Positions 1-15,000 of a DNA stretch of 64,000 nucleotides are shown one piece after another. The translations under genes were made by a program, and so were the position numbers. How positions within the stretch are numbered: the first letter of the stretch is position 1; the number at the start of each line of letters is the position of its first letter. The DNA comes from Eledone cirrhosa (taxonomy: Eukaryota): positions 411,804,001-411,868,000 of the forward strand of contig OZ024741.1 of the NCBI GenBank assembly GCA_964016885.1. Direction: 5' to 3'. A model generated the notes under the pieces. That model was not told the origin of the DNA, ran no database searches, and saw nothing but the letters and a program-made list of their open reading frames with translations.

Positions 1-3000
1 GTCTGTTGTATGAAGGGGAGGGGAGACTGAGCTGGTATAGACATGTAATGTAGAGGGATGATGTCTGTTGTGTGAAGGGGAGGGGAGACTGTGCTGGTAT
101 AGACATGTAATGTAGAGGGATGATGTCTGTTGTGTGAAGGGGAGGGGAGACTGCTGGTATAGACATGTAATGTAGAGGGATGATGACTGTTGTGTGAAGG
201 GGAGGGGAGACTGTGCTGGTATAGACATGTAATGTAGAGGGATGATGACTGTTGTGTGAAGGGGAGGGGAGACTGTGCTGGTATAGACATGTAATGTAGA
301 GGGATGATGTCTGTTGTGTGAAGGGGAGGGGAGACTGCTGGTATAGACATGTAATGTAGAGGGATGATGTCTGTTGTGTGAAGGGGAGGGGAGACTGAGC
401 TGGTATAGACATGTAATGTAGAGGGATGATGTCTGTTGTGTGAAGGGGAGGGGAGACTGTGCTGGTATAGACATGTAATGTAGAGGGATGATGACTGTTG
501 TGTGAAGGGGAGGGGAGACTGTGCTGGTATAGACATGTAATGTAGAGGGATGATGTCTGTTGTGTGAAGGGGAGGGGAGACTGTGCTGGTATAGACATGT
601 AATGTAGAGGGATGATGACTGTTGTGTGAAGGGGAGGGGAGACTGTGCTGGTATAGACATGTAATGTAGAGGGATGATGTCTGTTGTATGAAGGGGAGTG
701 GAGACTGAGCTGGTATAGACATGTAATGTAGAGGGATGATGTCTGTTGTGTGAAGGGGAGGGGAGACTGTGCTGGTATAGACATGTAATGTAGAGGGATG
801 ATGACTGTTGTGTGAAGGGGAGGGGAGACTGTGCTGGTATAGACATGTAATGTAGAGGGATGATGTCTGTTGTGTGAAGGGGAGGGGAGACTGTGCTGGT
901 ATAGACATGTAATGTAGAGGGATGATGTCTGTTGTGTGAAGGGGAGGGGAGACTGAGCTGGTATAGACATGTAATGTAGAGGGATGATGACTGTTGTGTG
1001 AAGGGGAGGGGAGACTGTGCTGGTATAGACATGTAATGTAGAGGGATGATGTCTGTTGTGTGAAGGGGAGGGGAGACTGAGCTGGTATAGACATGTAATG
1101 TAGAGGGATGATGTCTGTTGTATGAAGGGGAGGGGAGACTGTGCTGGTATAGACATGTAATGTAGAGGGATGATGTCTGTTGTGTGAAGGGGAGGGGAGA
1201 CTGAGCTGGTATAGACATGTAATGTAGAGGGATGATGTCTGTTGTATGAAGGGGAGGGGAGACTGTGCTGGTATAGACATGTAATGTAGAGGGATGATGT
1301 CTGTTGTGTGAAGGGGAGGGGAGACTGAGCTGGTATAGACATGTAATGTAGAGGGATGATGTCTGTTGTGTGAAGGGGGGGGGAGACTGAGCTGGTATAG
1401 ACATGTAATGTAGAGGGATGATGTCTGTTGTGTGAAGGGGAGGGGAGACTGAGCTGGTATAGACATGTAATGTAGAGGGATGATGTCTGTTGTGTGAAGG
1501 GGAGGGGAGACTGTGCTGGTATAGACATGTAATGTAGAGGGATGATGTCTGTTGTGTGAAGGGGAGGGGAGACTGAGCTGGTATAGACATGTAATGTAGA
1601 GGGATGATGTCTGTTGTGTGAAGGGGAGGGGAGACTGAGCTGGTATAGACATGTAATGTAGAGGGATGATGTCTGTTGTGTGAAGGGGAGGGGAGACTGA
1701 GCTGGTATAGACATGTAATGTAGAGGGATGATGTCTGTTGTATGAAGGGGAGGGGAGACTGAGCTGGTATAGACATGTAATGTAGAGGGATGATGTCTGT
1801 TGTGTGAAGGGGAGGGGAGACTGAGCTGGTATAGACATGTAATGTAGAGGGATGATGTCTGTTGTATGAAGGGGAGGGGAGACTGTGCTGGTATAGACAT
1901 GTAATGTAGAGGGATGATGTCTGTTGTGTGAAGGGGAGGGGAGACTGAGCTGGTATAGACATGTAATGTAGAGGGATGATGTCTGTTGTGTGAAGGGGGG
2001 GGGGAGACTGAGCTGGTATAGACATGTAATGTAGAGGGATGATGTCTGTTGTGTGAAGGGGAGGGGAGACTGAGCTGGTATAGACATGTAATGTAGAGGG
2101 ATGATGTCTGTTGTGTGAAGGGGAGGGGAGACTGTGCTGGTATAGACATGTAATGTAGAGGGATGATGTCTGTTGTGTGAAGGGGAGGGGAGACTGAGCT
2201 GGTATAGACATGTAATGTAGAGGGATGATGTCTGTTGTGTGAAGGGGAGGGGAGACTGAGCTGGTATAGACATGTAATGTAGAGGGATGATGTCTGTTGT
2301 GTGAAGGGGAGGGGAGACTGTGCTGGTATAGACATGTAATGTAGAGGGATGATGACTGTTGTGTGAAGGGGAGGGGAGACTGTGCTGGTATAGACATGTA
2401 ATGTAGAGGGATGATGTCTGTTGTGTGAAGGGGAGGGGAGACTGAGCTGGTATAGACATGTAATGTAGAGGGATGATGTCTGTTGTGTGAAGGGGAGGGG
2501 AGACTGAGCTGGTATAGACATGTAATGTAGAGGGATGATGTCTGTTGTGTGAAGGGGAGGGGAGACTGAGCTGGTATAGACATGTAATGTAGAGGGATGA
2601 TGTCTGTTGTGTGAAGGGGAGGGGAGACTGTGCTGGTATAGACATGTAATGTAGAGGGATGATGACTGTTGTGTGAAGGGGAGGGGAGACTGTGCTGGTA
2701 TAGACATGTAATGTAGAGGGATGATGTCTGTTGTATGAAGGGGAGTGGAGACTGAGCTGGTATAGACATGTAATGTAGAGGGATGATGTCTGTTGTGTGA
2801 AGGGGAGGGGAGACTGTGCTGGTATAGACATGTAATGTAGAGGGATGATGACTGTTGTGTGAAGGGGAGGGGAGACTGTGCTGGTATAGACATGTAATGT
2901 AGAGGGATGATGTCTGTTGTATGAAGGGGAGGGGAGACTGTGCTGGTATAGACATGTAATGTAGAGGGATGATGTCTGTTGTGTGAAGGGGAGGGGAGAC

Positions 3001-6000
3001 TGAGCTGGTATAGACATGTAATGTAGAGGGATGATGTCTGTTGTGTGAAGGGGGGGGGAGACTGAGCTGGTATAGACATGTAATGTAGAGGGATGATGTC
3101 TGTTGTGTGAAGGGGAGGGGAGACTGAGCTGGTATAGACATGTAATGTAGAGGGATGATGTCTGTTGTGTGAAGGGGAGGGGGAGACTGTGCTGGTATAG
3201 ACATGTAATGTAGAGGGATGATGTCTGTTGTGTGAAGGGGAGGGGAGACTGAGCTGGTATAGACATGTAATGTAGAGGGATGATGTCTGTTGTGTGAAGG
3301 GGAGGGGAGACTGAGCTGGTATAGACATGTAATGTAGAGGGATGATGTCTGTTGTGTGAAGGGGAGGGGAGACTGAGCTGGTATAGACATGTAATGTAGA
3401 GGGATGATGTCCTGTTGTATGAAGGGGAGGGGAGACTGAGCTGGTATAGACATGTAATGTAGAGGGATGATGTCTGTTGTGTGAAGGGGAGGGGAGACTG
3501 AGCTGGTATAGACATGTAATGTAGAGGGATGATGTCTGTTGTATGAAGGGGAGGGGAGACTGTGCTGGTATAGACATGTAATGTAGAGGGATGATGTCTG
3601 TTGTGTGAAGGGGAGGGGAGACTGAGCTGGTATAGACATGTAATGTAGAGGGATGATGTCTGTTGTGTGAAGGGGGGGGGGAGACTGAGCTGGTATAGAC
3701 ATGTAATGTAGAGGGATGATGTCTGTTGTGTGAAGGGGAGGGGAGACTGAGCTGGTATAGACATGTAATGTAGAGGGATGATGTCTGTTGTGTGAAGGGG
3801 AGGGGAGACTGTGCTGGTATAGACATGTAATGTAGAGGGATGATGTCTGTTGTGTGAAGGGGAGGGGAGACTGAGCTGGTATAGACATGTAATGTAGAGG
3901 GATGATGTCTGTTGTGTGAAGGGGAGGGGGAGACTGAGCTGGTATAGACATGTAATGTAGAGGGATGATGTCTGTTGTGTGAAGGGGAGGGGAGACTGAG
4001 CTGGTATAGACATGTAATGTAGAGGGATGATGTCTGTTGTATGAAGGGGAGGGGAGACTGTGCTGGTATAGACATGTAATGTAGAGGGATGATGTCTGTT
4101 GTGTGAAGGGGAGGGGAGACTGAGCTGGTATAGACATGTAATGTAGAGGGATGATGTCTGTTGTATGAAGGGGAGGGGAGACTGTGCTGGTATAGACATG
4201 TAATGTAGAGGGATGATGTCTGTTGTGTGAAGGGGAGGGGAGACTGAGCTGGTATAGACATGTAATGTAGAGGGATGATGTCTGTTGTGTGAAGGGGGGG
4301 GGAGACTGAGCTGGTATAGACATGTAATGTAGAGGGATGATGTCTGTTGTGTGAAGGGGAGGGGAGACTGAGCTGGTATAGACATGTAATGTAGAGGGAT
4401 GATGTCTGTTGTGTGAAGGGGAGGGGAGACTGTGCTGGTATAGACATGTAATGTAGAGGGATGATGTCTGTTGTGTGAAGGGGAGGGGAGACTGAGCTGG
4501 TATAGACATGTAATGTAGAGGGATGATGTCTGTTGTGTGAAGGGGAGGGGAGACTGAGCTGGTATAGACATGTAATGTAGAGGGATGATGTCTGTTGTGT
4601 GAAGGGGAGGGGAGACTGAGCTGGTATAGACATGTAATGTAGAGGGATGATGTCTGTTGTATGAAGGGGAGGGGAGACTGTGCTGGTATAGACATGTAAT
4701 GTAGAGGGATGATGACTGTTGTGTGAAGGGGAGGGGAGACTGTGCTGGTATAGACATGTAATGTAGAGGGATGATGTCTGTTGTGTGAAGGGGAGGGGAG
4801 ACTGTGCTGGTATAGACATGTAATGTAGAGGGATGATGTCTGTTGTATGAAGGGGAGGGGAGACTGTGCTGGTATAGACATGTAATGTAGAGGGATGATG
4901 TCTGTTGTGTGAAGGGGAGGGGAGACTGTGCTGGTATAGACATGTAATGTAGAGGGATGATGTCTGTTGTGTGAAGGGGAGGGGAGACTGTGCTGGTATA
5001 GACATGTAATGTAGAGGGATGATGTCTGTTGTGTGAAGGGGAGGGGAGACTGAGCTGGTATAGACATGTAATGTAGAGGGATGATGTCTGTTGTGTGAAG
5101 GGGAGGGGAGACTGAGCTGGTATAGACATGTAATGTAGAGGGATGATGTCTGTTGTGTGAAGGGGTGGGGAGACTGTGCTGGTATAGACATGTAATGTAG
5201 AGGGATGATGTCTGTTGTGTGAAGGGGAGGGGAGACTGAGCTGGTATAGACATGTAATGTAGAGGGATGATGTCTGTTGTGTGAAGGGGAGGGGAGACTG
5301 AGCTGGTATAGACATGTAATGTAGAGGGATGATGTCTGTTGTGTGAAGGGGAGGGGAGACTGAGCTGGTATAGACATGTAATGTAGAGGGATGATGTCTG
5401 TTGTGTGAAGGGGACGGGAGACTGTGCTGGTATAGACATGTAATGTAGAGGGATGATGTCTGTTGTGTGAAGGGGAGACTGAGCTGGTATAGACATGTAA
5501 TGTAGAGGGATGATGTCTGTTGTGTGAAGGGGACGGGAGACTGTGCTGGTATAGACATGTAATGTAGAGGGATGATGTCTGTTGTATGAAGGGGAGGGGA
5601 GACTGAGCTGGTATAGACATGTAATGTAGAGGGATGATGTCTGTTGTATGAAGGGGAGGGGAGACTGTGCTGGTATAGACATGTAATGTAGAGGGATGAT
5701 GTCTGTTGTGTGAAGGGGACGGGAGACTGTGCTGGTATAGACATGTAATGTAGAGGGATGATGTCTGTTGTGTGAAGGGGAGGGGAGACTGAGCTGGTAT
5801 AGACATGTAATGTAGAGGGATGATGACTGTTGTGTGAAGGGGTGGGGAGACTGTGCTGGTATAGACATGTAATGTAGAGGGATGATGACTGTTGTGTGAA
5901 GGGGAGGGGAGACTGAGCTGGTATAGACATGTAATGTAGAGGGATGATGTCTGTTGTATGAAGGGGAGGGGAGACTGTGCTGGTATAGACATGTAATGTA

Positions 6001-9000
6001 GAGGGATGATGTCTGTTGTGTGAAGGGGACGGGAGACTGTGCTGGTATAGACATGTAATGTAGAGGGATGATGTCTGTTGTATGAAGGGGAGGGGAGACT
6101 GAGCTGGTATAGACATGTAATGTAGAGGGATGATGTCTGTTGTGTGAAGGGGACGGGAGACTGTGCTGGTATAGACATGTAATGTAGAGGGATGATGTCT
6201 GTTGTGTGAAGGGGACGGGAGACTGTGCTGGTATAGACATGTAATGTAGAGGGATGATGTCTGTTGTGTGAAGGGGAGGGGAGACTGAGCTGGTATAGAC
6301 ATGTAATGTAGAGGGATGATGACTGTTGTGTGAAGGGGAGGGGAGACTGAGCTGGTATAGACATGTAATGTAGAGGGATGATGTCTGTTGTGTGAAGGGG
6401 AGGGGAGACTGCTGGTATAGACATGTAATGTAGAGGGATGATGCCTGTTGTGTGAAGGGGAGGGGAGACTGCTGGTATAGACATGTAATGTAGAGGGATG
6501 ATGACTGTTGTGTGAAGGGGAGGGGAGACTGTGCTGGTATAGACATGTAATGTAGAGGGATGATGTCTGTTGTGTGAAGGGGTGGGGAGACTGTGCTGGT
6601 ATAGACATGTAATGTAGAGGGATGATGACTGTTGTGTGAAGGGGAGGGGAGACTGAGCTGGTATAGACATGTAATGTAGAGGGATGATGTCTGTTGTATG
6701 AAGGGGAGGGGAGACTGAGCTGGTATAGACATGTAATGTAGAGGGATGATGTCTGTTGTATGAAGGGGAGGGGAGACTGTGCTGGTATAGACATGTAATG
6801 TAGAGGGATGATGTCTGTTGTGTGAAGGGGACGGGAGACTGTGCTGGTATAGACATGTAATGTAGAGGGATGATGTCTGTTGTGTGAAGGGGAGGGGAGA
6901 CTGAGCTGGTATAGACATGTAATGTAGAGGGATGATGACTGTTGTGTGAAGGGGAGGGGAGACTGAGCTGGTATAGACATGTAATGTAGAGGGATGATGT
7001 CTGTTGTGTGAAGGGGAGGGGAGACTGCTGGTATAGACATGTAATGTAGAGGGATGATGCCTGTTGTGTGAAGGGGAGGGGAGACTGCTGGTATAGACAT
7101 GTAATGTAGAGGGATGATGACTGTTGTGTGAAGGGGAGGGGAGACTGTGCTGGTATAGACATGTAATGTAGAGGGATGATGTCTGTTGTGTGAAGGGGTG
7201 GGGAGACTGTGCTGGTATAGACATGTAATGTAGAGGGATGATGACTGTTGTGTGAAGGGGAGGGGAGACTGAGCTGGTATAGACATGTAATGTAGAGGGA
7301 TGATGACTGTTGTGTGAAGGGGAGGGGAGACTGCTGGTATAGACATGTAATGTAGAGGGATGATGTCTGTTGTGTGAAGGGGTGGGGAGACTGTGCTGGT
7401 ATAGACATGTAATGTAGAGGGATGATGACTGTTGTGTGAAGGGGAGGGGAGACTGAGCTGGTATAGACATGTAATGTAGAGGGATGATGACTGTTGTGTG
7501 AAGGGGAGGGGAGACTGCTGGTATAGACATGTAATGTAGAGGGATGATGTCTGTTGTGTGAAGGGGTGGGGAGACTGTGCTGGTATAGACATGTAATGTA
7601 GAGGGATGATGACTGTTGTGTGAAGGGGAGGGGAGACTGAGCTGGTATAGACATGTAATGTAGAGGGATGATGTCTGTTGTGTGAAGGGGAGGGGAGACT
7701 GCTGGTATAGACATGTAATGTAGAGGGATGATGCCTGTTGTGTGAAGGGGAGGGGAGACTGCTGGTATAGACATGTAATGTAGAGGGATGATGACTGTTG
7801 TGTGAAGGGGAGGGGAGACTGTGCTGGTATAGACATGTAATGTAGAGGGATGATGTCTGTTGTGTGAAGGGGTGGGGAGACTGTGCTGGTATAGACATGT
7901 AATGTAGAGGGATGATGACTGTTGTGTGAAGGGGAGGGGAGACTGAGCTGGTATAGACATGTAATGTAGAGGGATGATGTCTGTTGTGTGAAGGGGAGGG
8001 GAGACTGAGCTGGTATAGACATGTAATGTAGAGGGATGATGTCTGTTGTGTGAAGGGGAGGGGAGACTGAGCTGGTATAGACATGTAATGTAGAGGGATG
8101 ATGTCTGTTGTGTGAAGGGGACGGGAGACTGTGCTGGTATAGACATGTAATGTAGAGGGATGATGTCTGTTGTGTGAAGGGGAGACTGAGCTGGTATAGA
8201 CATGTAATGTAGAGGGATGATGTCTGTTGTGTGAAGGGGACGGGAGACTGTGCTGGTATAGACATGTAATGTAGAGGGATGATGTCTGTTGTATGAAGGG
8301 GAGGGGAGACTGAGCTGGTATAGACATGTAATGTAGAGGGATGATGACTGTTGTGTGAAGGGGAGGGGAGACTGAGCTGGTATAGACATGTAATGTAGAG
8401 GGATGATGTCTGTTGTATGAAGGGGAGGGGAGACTGAGCTGGTATAGACATGTAATGTAGAGGGATGATGTCTGTTGTATGAAGGGGAGGGGAGACTGTG
8501 CTGGTATAGACATGTAATGTAGAGGGATGATGTCTGTTGTGTGAAGGGGACGGGAGACTGTGCTGGTATAGACATGTAATGTAGAGGGATGATGTCTGTT
8601 GTGTGAAGGGGAGGGGAGACTGAGCTGGTATAGACATGTAATGTAGAGGGATGATGACTGTTGTGTGAAGGGGAGGGGAGACTGCTGGTATAGACATGTA
8701 ATGTAGAGGGATGATGACTGTTGTGTGAAGGGGAGGGGAGACTGTGCTGGTATAGACATGTAATGTAGAGGGATGATGACTGTTGTGTGAAGGGGAGGGG
8801 AGACTGTGCTGGTATAGACATGTAATGTAGAGGGATGATGTCTGTTGTGTGAAGGGGAGGGGAGACTGCTGGTATAGACATGTAATGTAGAGGGATGATG
8901 TCTGTTGTGTGAAGGGGAGGGGAGACTGAGCTGGTATAGACATGTAATGTAGAGGGATGATGTCTGTTGTGTGAAGGGGAGGGGAGACTGTGCTGGTATA

Positions 9001-12000
9001 GACATGTAATGTAGAGGGATGATGACTGTTGTGTGAAGGGGAGGGGAGACTGTGCTGGTATAGACATGTAATGTAGAGGGATGATGTCTGTTGTGTGAAG
9101 GGGAGGGGGAGACTGTGCTGGTATAGACATGTAATGTAGAGGGATGATGACTGTTGTGTGAAGGGGAGGGGAGACTGTGCTGGTATAGACATGTAATGTA
9201 GAGGGATGATGTCTGTTGTATGAAGGGGAGTGGAGACTGAGCTGGTATAGACATGTAATGTAGAGGGATGATGTCTGTTGTGTGAAGGGGAGGGGAGACT
9301 GTGCTGGTATAGACATGTAATGTAGAGGGATGATGACTGTTGTGTGAAGGGGAGGGGAGACTGTGCTGGTATAGACATGTAATGTAGAGGGATGATGTCT
9401 GTTGTATGAAGGGGAGGGGAGACTGTGCTGGTATAGACATGTAATGTAGAGGGATGATGTCTGTTGTGTGAAGGGGAGGGGAGACTGAGCTGGTATAGAC
9501 ATGTAATGTAGAGGGATGATGTCTGTTGTGTGAAGGGGGGGGGAGACTGAGCTGGTATAGACATGTAATGTAGAGGGATGATGTCTGTTGTGTGAAGGGG
9601 AGGGGAGACTGAGCTGGTATAGACATGTAATGTAGAGGGATGATGTCTGTTGTGTGAAGGGGAGGGGAGACTGTGCTGGTATAGACATGTAATGTAGAGG
9701 GATGATGTCTGTTGTGTGAAGGGGAGGGGAGACTGAGCTGGTATAGACATGTAATGTAGAGGGATGATGTCTGTTGTGTGAAGGGGAGGGGAGACTGAGC
9801 TGGTATAGACATGTAATGTAGAGGGATGATGTCTGTTGTGTGAAGGGGAGGGGAGACTGAGCTGGTATAGACATGTAATGTAGAGGGATGATGTCTGTTG
9901 TATGAAGGGGAGGGGAGACTGAGCTGGTATAGACATGTAATGTAGAGGGATGATGTCTGTTGTGTGAAGGGGAGGGGAGACTGAGCTGGTATAGACATGT
10001 AATGTAGAGGGATGATGTCTGTTGTATGAAGGGGAGGGGAGACTGTGCTGGTATAGACATGTAATGTAGAGGGATGATGTCTGTTGTGTGAAGGGGAGGG
10101 GAGACTGAGCTGGTATAGACATGTAATGTAGAGGGATGATGTCTGTTGTGTGAAGGGGGGGGGGAGACTGAGCTGGTATAGACATGTAATGTAGAGGGAT
10201 GATGTCTGTTGTGTGAAGGGGAGGGGAGACTGAGCTGGTATAGACATGTAATGTAGAGGGATGATGTCTGTTGTGTGAAGGGGAGGGGAGACTGTGCTGG
10301 TATAGACATGTAATGTAGAGGGATGATGTCTGTTGTGTGAAGGGGAGGGGAGACTGAGCTGGTATAGACATGTAATGTAGAGGGATGATGTCTGTTGTGT
10401 GAAGGGGAGGGGAGACTGAGCTGGTATAGACATGTAATGTAGAGGGATGATGTCTGTTGTGTGAAGGGGAGGGGAGACTGAGCTGGTATAGACATGTAAT
10501 GTAGAGGGATGATGTCTGTTGTATGAAGGGGAGGGGAGACTGTGCTGGTATAGACATGTAATGTAGAGGGATGATGTCTGTTGTGTGAAGGGGAGGGGAG
10601 ACTGAGCTGGTATAGACATGTAATGTAGAGGGATGATGTCTGTTGTATGAAGGGGAGGGGAGACTGTGCTGGTATAGACATGTAATGTAGAGGGATGATG
10701 TCTGTTGTGTGAAGGGGAGGGGAGACTGAGCTGGTATAGACATGTAATGTAGAGGGATGATGTCTGTTGTGTGAAGGGGGGGGGAGACTGAGCTGGTATA
10801 GACATGTAATGTAGAGGGATGATGTCTGTTGTGTGAAGGGGAGGGGAGACTGAGCTGGTATAGACATGTAATGTAGAGGGATGATGTCTGTTGTGTGAAG
10901 GGGAGGGGAGACTGTGCTGGTATAGACATGTAATGTAGAGGGATGATGTCTGTTGTGTGAAGGGGAGGGGAGACTGAGCTGGTATAGACATGTAATGTAG
11001 AGGGATGATGTCTGTTGTGTGAAGGGGAGGGGAGACTGAGCTGGTATAGACATGTAATGTAGAGGGATGATGTCTGTTGTGTGAAGGGGAGGGGAGACTG
11101 AGCTGGTATAGACATGTAATGTAGAGGGATGATGTCTGTTGTATGAAGGGGAGGGGAGACTGTGCTGGTATAGACATGTAATGTAGAGGGATGATGACTG
11201 TTGTGTGAAGGGGAGGGGAGACTGTGCTGGTATAGACATGTAATGTAGAGGGATGATGTCTGTTGTGTGAAGGGGAGGGGAGACTGTGCTGGTATAGACA
11301 TGTAATGTAGAGGGATGATGTCTGTTGTATGAAGGGGAGGGGAGACTGTGCTGGTATAGACATGTAATGTAGAGGGATGATGTCTGTTGTGTGAAGGGGA
11401 GGGGAGACTGTGCTGGTATAGACATGTAATGTAGAGGGATGATGTCTGTTGTGTGAAGGGGAGGGGAGACTGTGCTGGTATAGACATGTAATGTAGAGGG
11501 ATGATGTCTGTTGTGTGAAGGGGAGGGGAGACTGAGCTGGTATAGACATGTAATGTAGAGGGATGATGTCTGTTGTGTGAAGGGGAGGGGAGACTGAGCT
11601 GGTATAGACATGTAATGTAGAGGGATGATGTCTGTTGTGTGAAGGGGTGGGGAGACTGTGCTGGTATAGACATGTAATGTAGAGGGATGATGTCTGTTGT
11701 GTGAAGGGGAGGGGAGACTGAGCTGGTATAGACATGTAATGTAGAGGGATGATGTCTGTTGTGTGAAGGGGAGGGGAGACTGAGCTGGTATAGACATGTA
11801 ATGTAGAGGGATGATGTCTGTTGTGTGAAGGGGAGGGGAGACTGAGCTGGTATAGACATGTAATGTAGAGGGATGATGTCTGTTGTGTGAAGGGGACGGG
11901 AGACTGTGCTGGTATAGACATGTAATGTAGAGGGATGATGTCTGTTGTGTGAAGGGGAGACTGAGCTGGTATAGACATGTAATGTAGAGGGATGATGTCT

Positions 12001-15000
12001 GTTGTGTGAAGGGGACGGGAGACTGTGCTGGTATAGACATGTAATGTAGAGGGATGATGTCTGTTGTATGAAGGGGAGGGGAGACTGAGCTGGTATAGAC
12101 ATGTAATGTAGAGGGATGATGTCTGTTGTATGAAGGGGAGGGGAGACTGTGCTGGTATAGACATGTAATGTAGAGGGATGATGTCTGTTGTGTGAAGGGG
12201 ACGGGAGACTGTGCTGGTATAGACATGTAATGTAGAGGGATGATGTCTGTTGTGTGAAGGGGAGGGGAGACTGAGCTGGTATAGACATGTAATGTAGAGG
12301 GATGATGACTGTTGTGTGAAGGGGTGGGGAGACTGTGCTGGTATAGACATGTAATGTAGAGGGATGATGACTGTTGTGTGAAGGGGAGGGGAGACTGAGC
12401 TGGTATAGACATGTAATGTAGAGGGATGATGTCTGTTGTATGAAGGGGAGGGGAGACTGTGCTGGTATAGACATGTAATGTAGAGGGATGATGTCTGTTG
12501 TGTGAAGGGGACGGGAGACTGTGCTGGTATAGACATGTAATGTAGAGGGATGATGTCTGTTGTATGAAGGGGAGGGGAGACTGAGCTGGTATAGACATGT
12601 AATGTAGAGGGATGATGTCTGTTGTGTGAAGGGGACGGGAGACTGTGCTGGTATAGACATGTAATGTAGAGGGATGATGTCTGTTGTGTGAAGGGGACGG
12701 GAGACTGTGCTGGTATAGACATGTAATGTAGAGGGATGATGTCTGTTGTGTGAAGGGGAGGGGAGACTGAGCTGGTATAGACATGTAATGTAGAGGGATG
12801 ATGACTGTTGTGTGAAGGGGAGGGGAGACTGAGCTGGTATAGACATGTAATGTAGAGGGATGATGTCTGTTGTGTGAAGGGGAGGGGAGACTGCTGGTAT
12901 AGACATGTAATGTAGAGGGATGATGCCTGTTGTGTGAAGGGGAGGGGAGACTGCTGGTATAGACATGTAATGTAGAGGGATGATGACTGTTGTGTGAAGG
13001 GGAGGGGAGACTGTGCTGGTATAGACATGTAATGTAGAGGGATGATGTCTGTTGTGTGAAGGGGTGGGGAGACTGTGCTGGTATAGACATGTAATGTAGA
13101 GGGATGATGACTGTTGTGTGAAGGGGAGGGGAGACTGAGCTGGTATAGACATGTAATGTAGAGGGATGATGTCTGTTGTATGAAGGGGAGGGGAGACTGA
13201 GCTGGTATAGACATGTAATGTAGAGGGATGATGTCTGTTGTATGAAGGGGAGGGGAGACTGTGCTGGTATAGACATGTAATGTAGAGGGATGATGTCTGT
13301 TGTGTGAAGGGGACGGGAGACTGTGCTGGTATAGACATGTAATGTAGAGGGATGATGTCTGTTGTGTGAAGGGGAGGGGAGACTGAGCTGGTATAGACAT
13401 GTAATGTAGAGGGATGATGACTGTTGTGTGAAGGGGAGGGGAGACTGAGCTGGTATAGACATGTAATGTAGAGGGATGATGTCTGTTGTGTGAAGGGGAG
13501 GGGAGACTGCTGGTATAGACATGTAATGTAGAGGGATGATGCCTGTTGTGTGAAGGGGAGGGGAGACTGCTGGTATAGACATGTAATGTAGAGGGATGAT
13601 GACTGTTGTGTGAAGGGGAGGGGAGACTGTGCTGGTATAGACATGTAATGTAGAGGGATGATGTCTGTTGTGTGAAGGGGAGGGGAGACTGAGCTGGTAT
13701 AGACATGTAATGTAGAGGGATGATGTCTGTTGTATGAAGGGGAGGGGAGACTGTGCTGGTATAGACATGTAATGTAGAGGGATGATGTCTGTTGTGTGAA
13801 GGGGAGGGGAGACTGAGCTGGTATAGACATGTAATGTAGAGGGATGATGTCTGTTGTGTGAAGGGGGGGGGAGACTGAGCTGGTATAGACATGTAATGTA
13901 GAGGGATGATGTCTGTTGTGTGAAGGGGAGGGGAGACTGAGCTGGTATAGACATGTAATGTAGAGGGATGATGTCTGTTGTGTGAAGGGGAGGGGAGACT
14001 GTGCTGGTATAGACATGTAATGTAGAGGGATGATGTCTGTTGTGTGAAGGGGAGGGGAGACTGAGCTGGTATAGACATGTAATGTAGAGGGATGATGTCT
14101 GTTGTGTGAAGGGGAGGGGAGACTGAGCTGGTATAGACATGTAATGTAGAGGGATGATGTCTGTTGTGTGAAGGGGAGGGGAGACTGAGCTGGTATAGAC
14201 ATGTAATGTAGAGGGATGATGTCTGTTGTATGAAGGGGAGGGGAGACTGTGCTGGTATAGACATGTAATGTAGAGGGATGATGACTGTTGTGTGAAGGGG
14301 AGGGGAGACTGTGCTGGTATAGACATGTAATGTAGAGGGATGATGTCTGTTGTGTGAAGGGGAGGGGAGACTGTGCTGGTATAGACATGTAATGTAGAGG
14401 GATGATGTCTGTTGTATGAAGGGGAGGGGAGACTGTGCTGGTATAGACATGTAATGTAGAGGGATGATGTCTGTTGTGTGAAGGGGAGGGGAGACTGTGC
14501 TGGTATAGACATGTAATGTAGAGGGATGATGTCTGTTGTGTGAAGGGGAGGGGAGACTGTGCTGGTATAGACATGTAATGTAGAGGGATGATGTCTGTTG
14601 TGTGAAGGGGAGGGGAGACTGAGCTGGTATAGACATGTAATGTAGAGGGATGATGTCTGTTGTGTGAAGGGGAGGGGAGACTGAGCTGGTATAGACATGT
14701 AATGTAGAGGGATGATGTCTGTTGTGTGAAGGGGTGGGGAGACTGTGCTGGTATAGACATGTAATGTAGAGGGATGATGTCTGTTGTGTGAAGGGGAGGG
14801 GAGACTGAGCTGGTATAGACATGTAATGTAGAGGGATGATGTCTGTTGTGTGAAGGGGAGGGGAGACTGAGCTGGTATAGACATGTAATGTAGAGGGATG
14901 ATGTCTGTTGTGTGAAGGGGAGGGGAGACTGAGCTGGTATAGACATGTAATGTAGAGGGATGATGTCTGTTGTGTGAAGGGGACGGGAGACTGTGCTGGT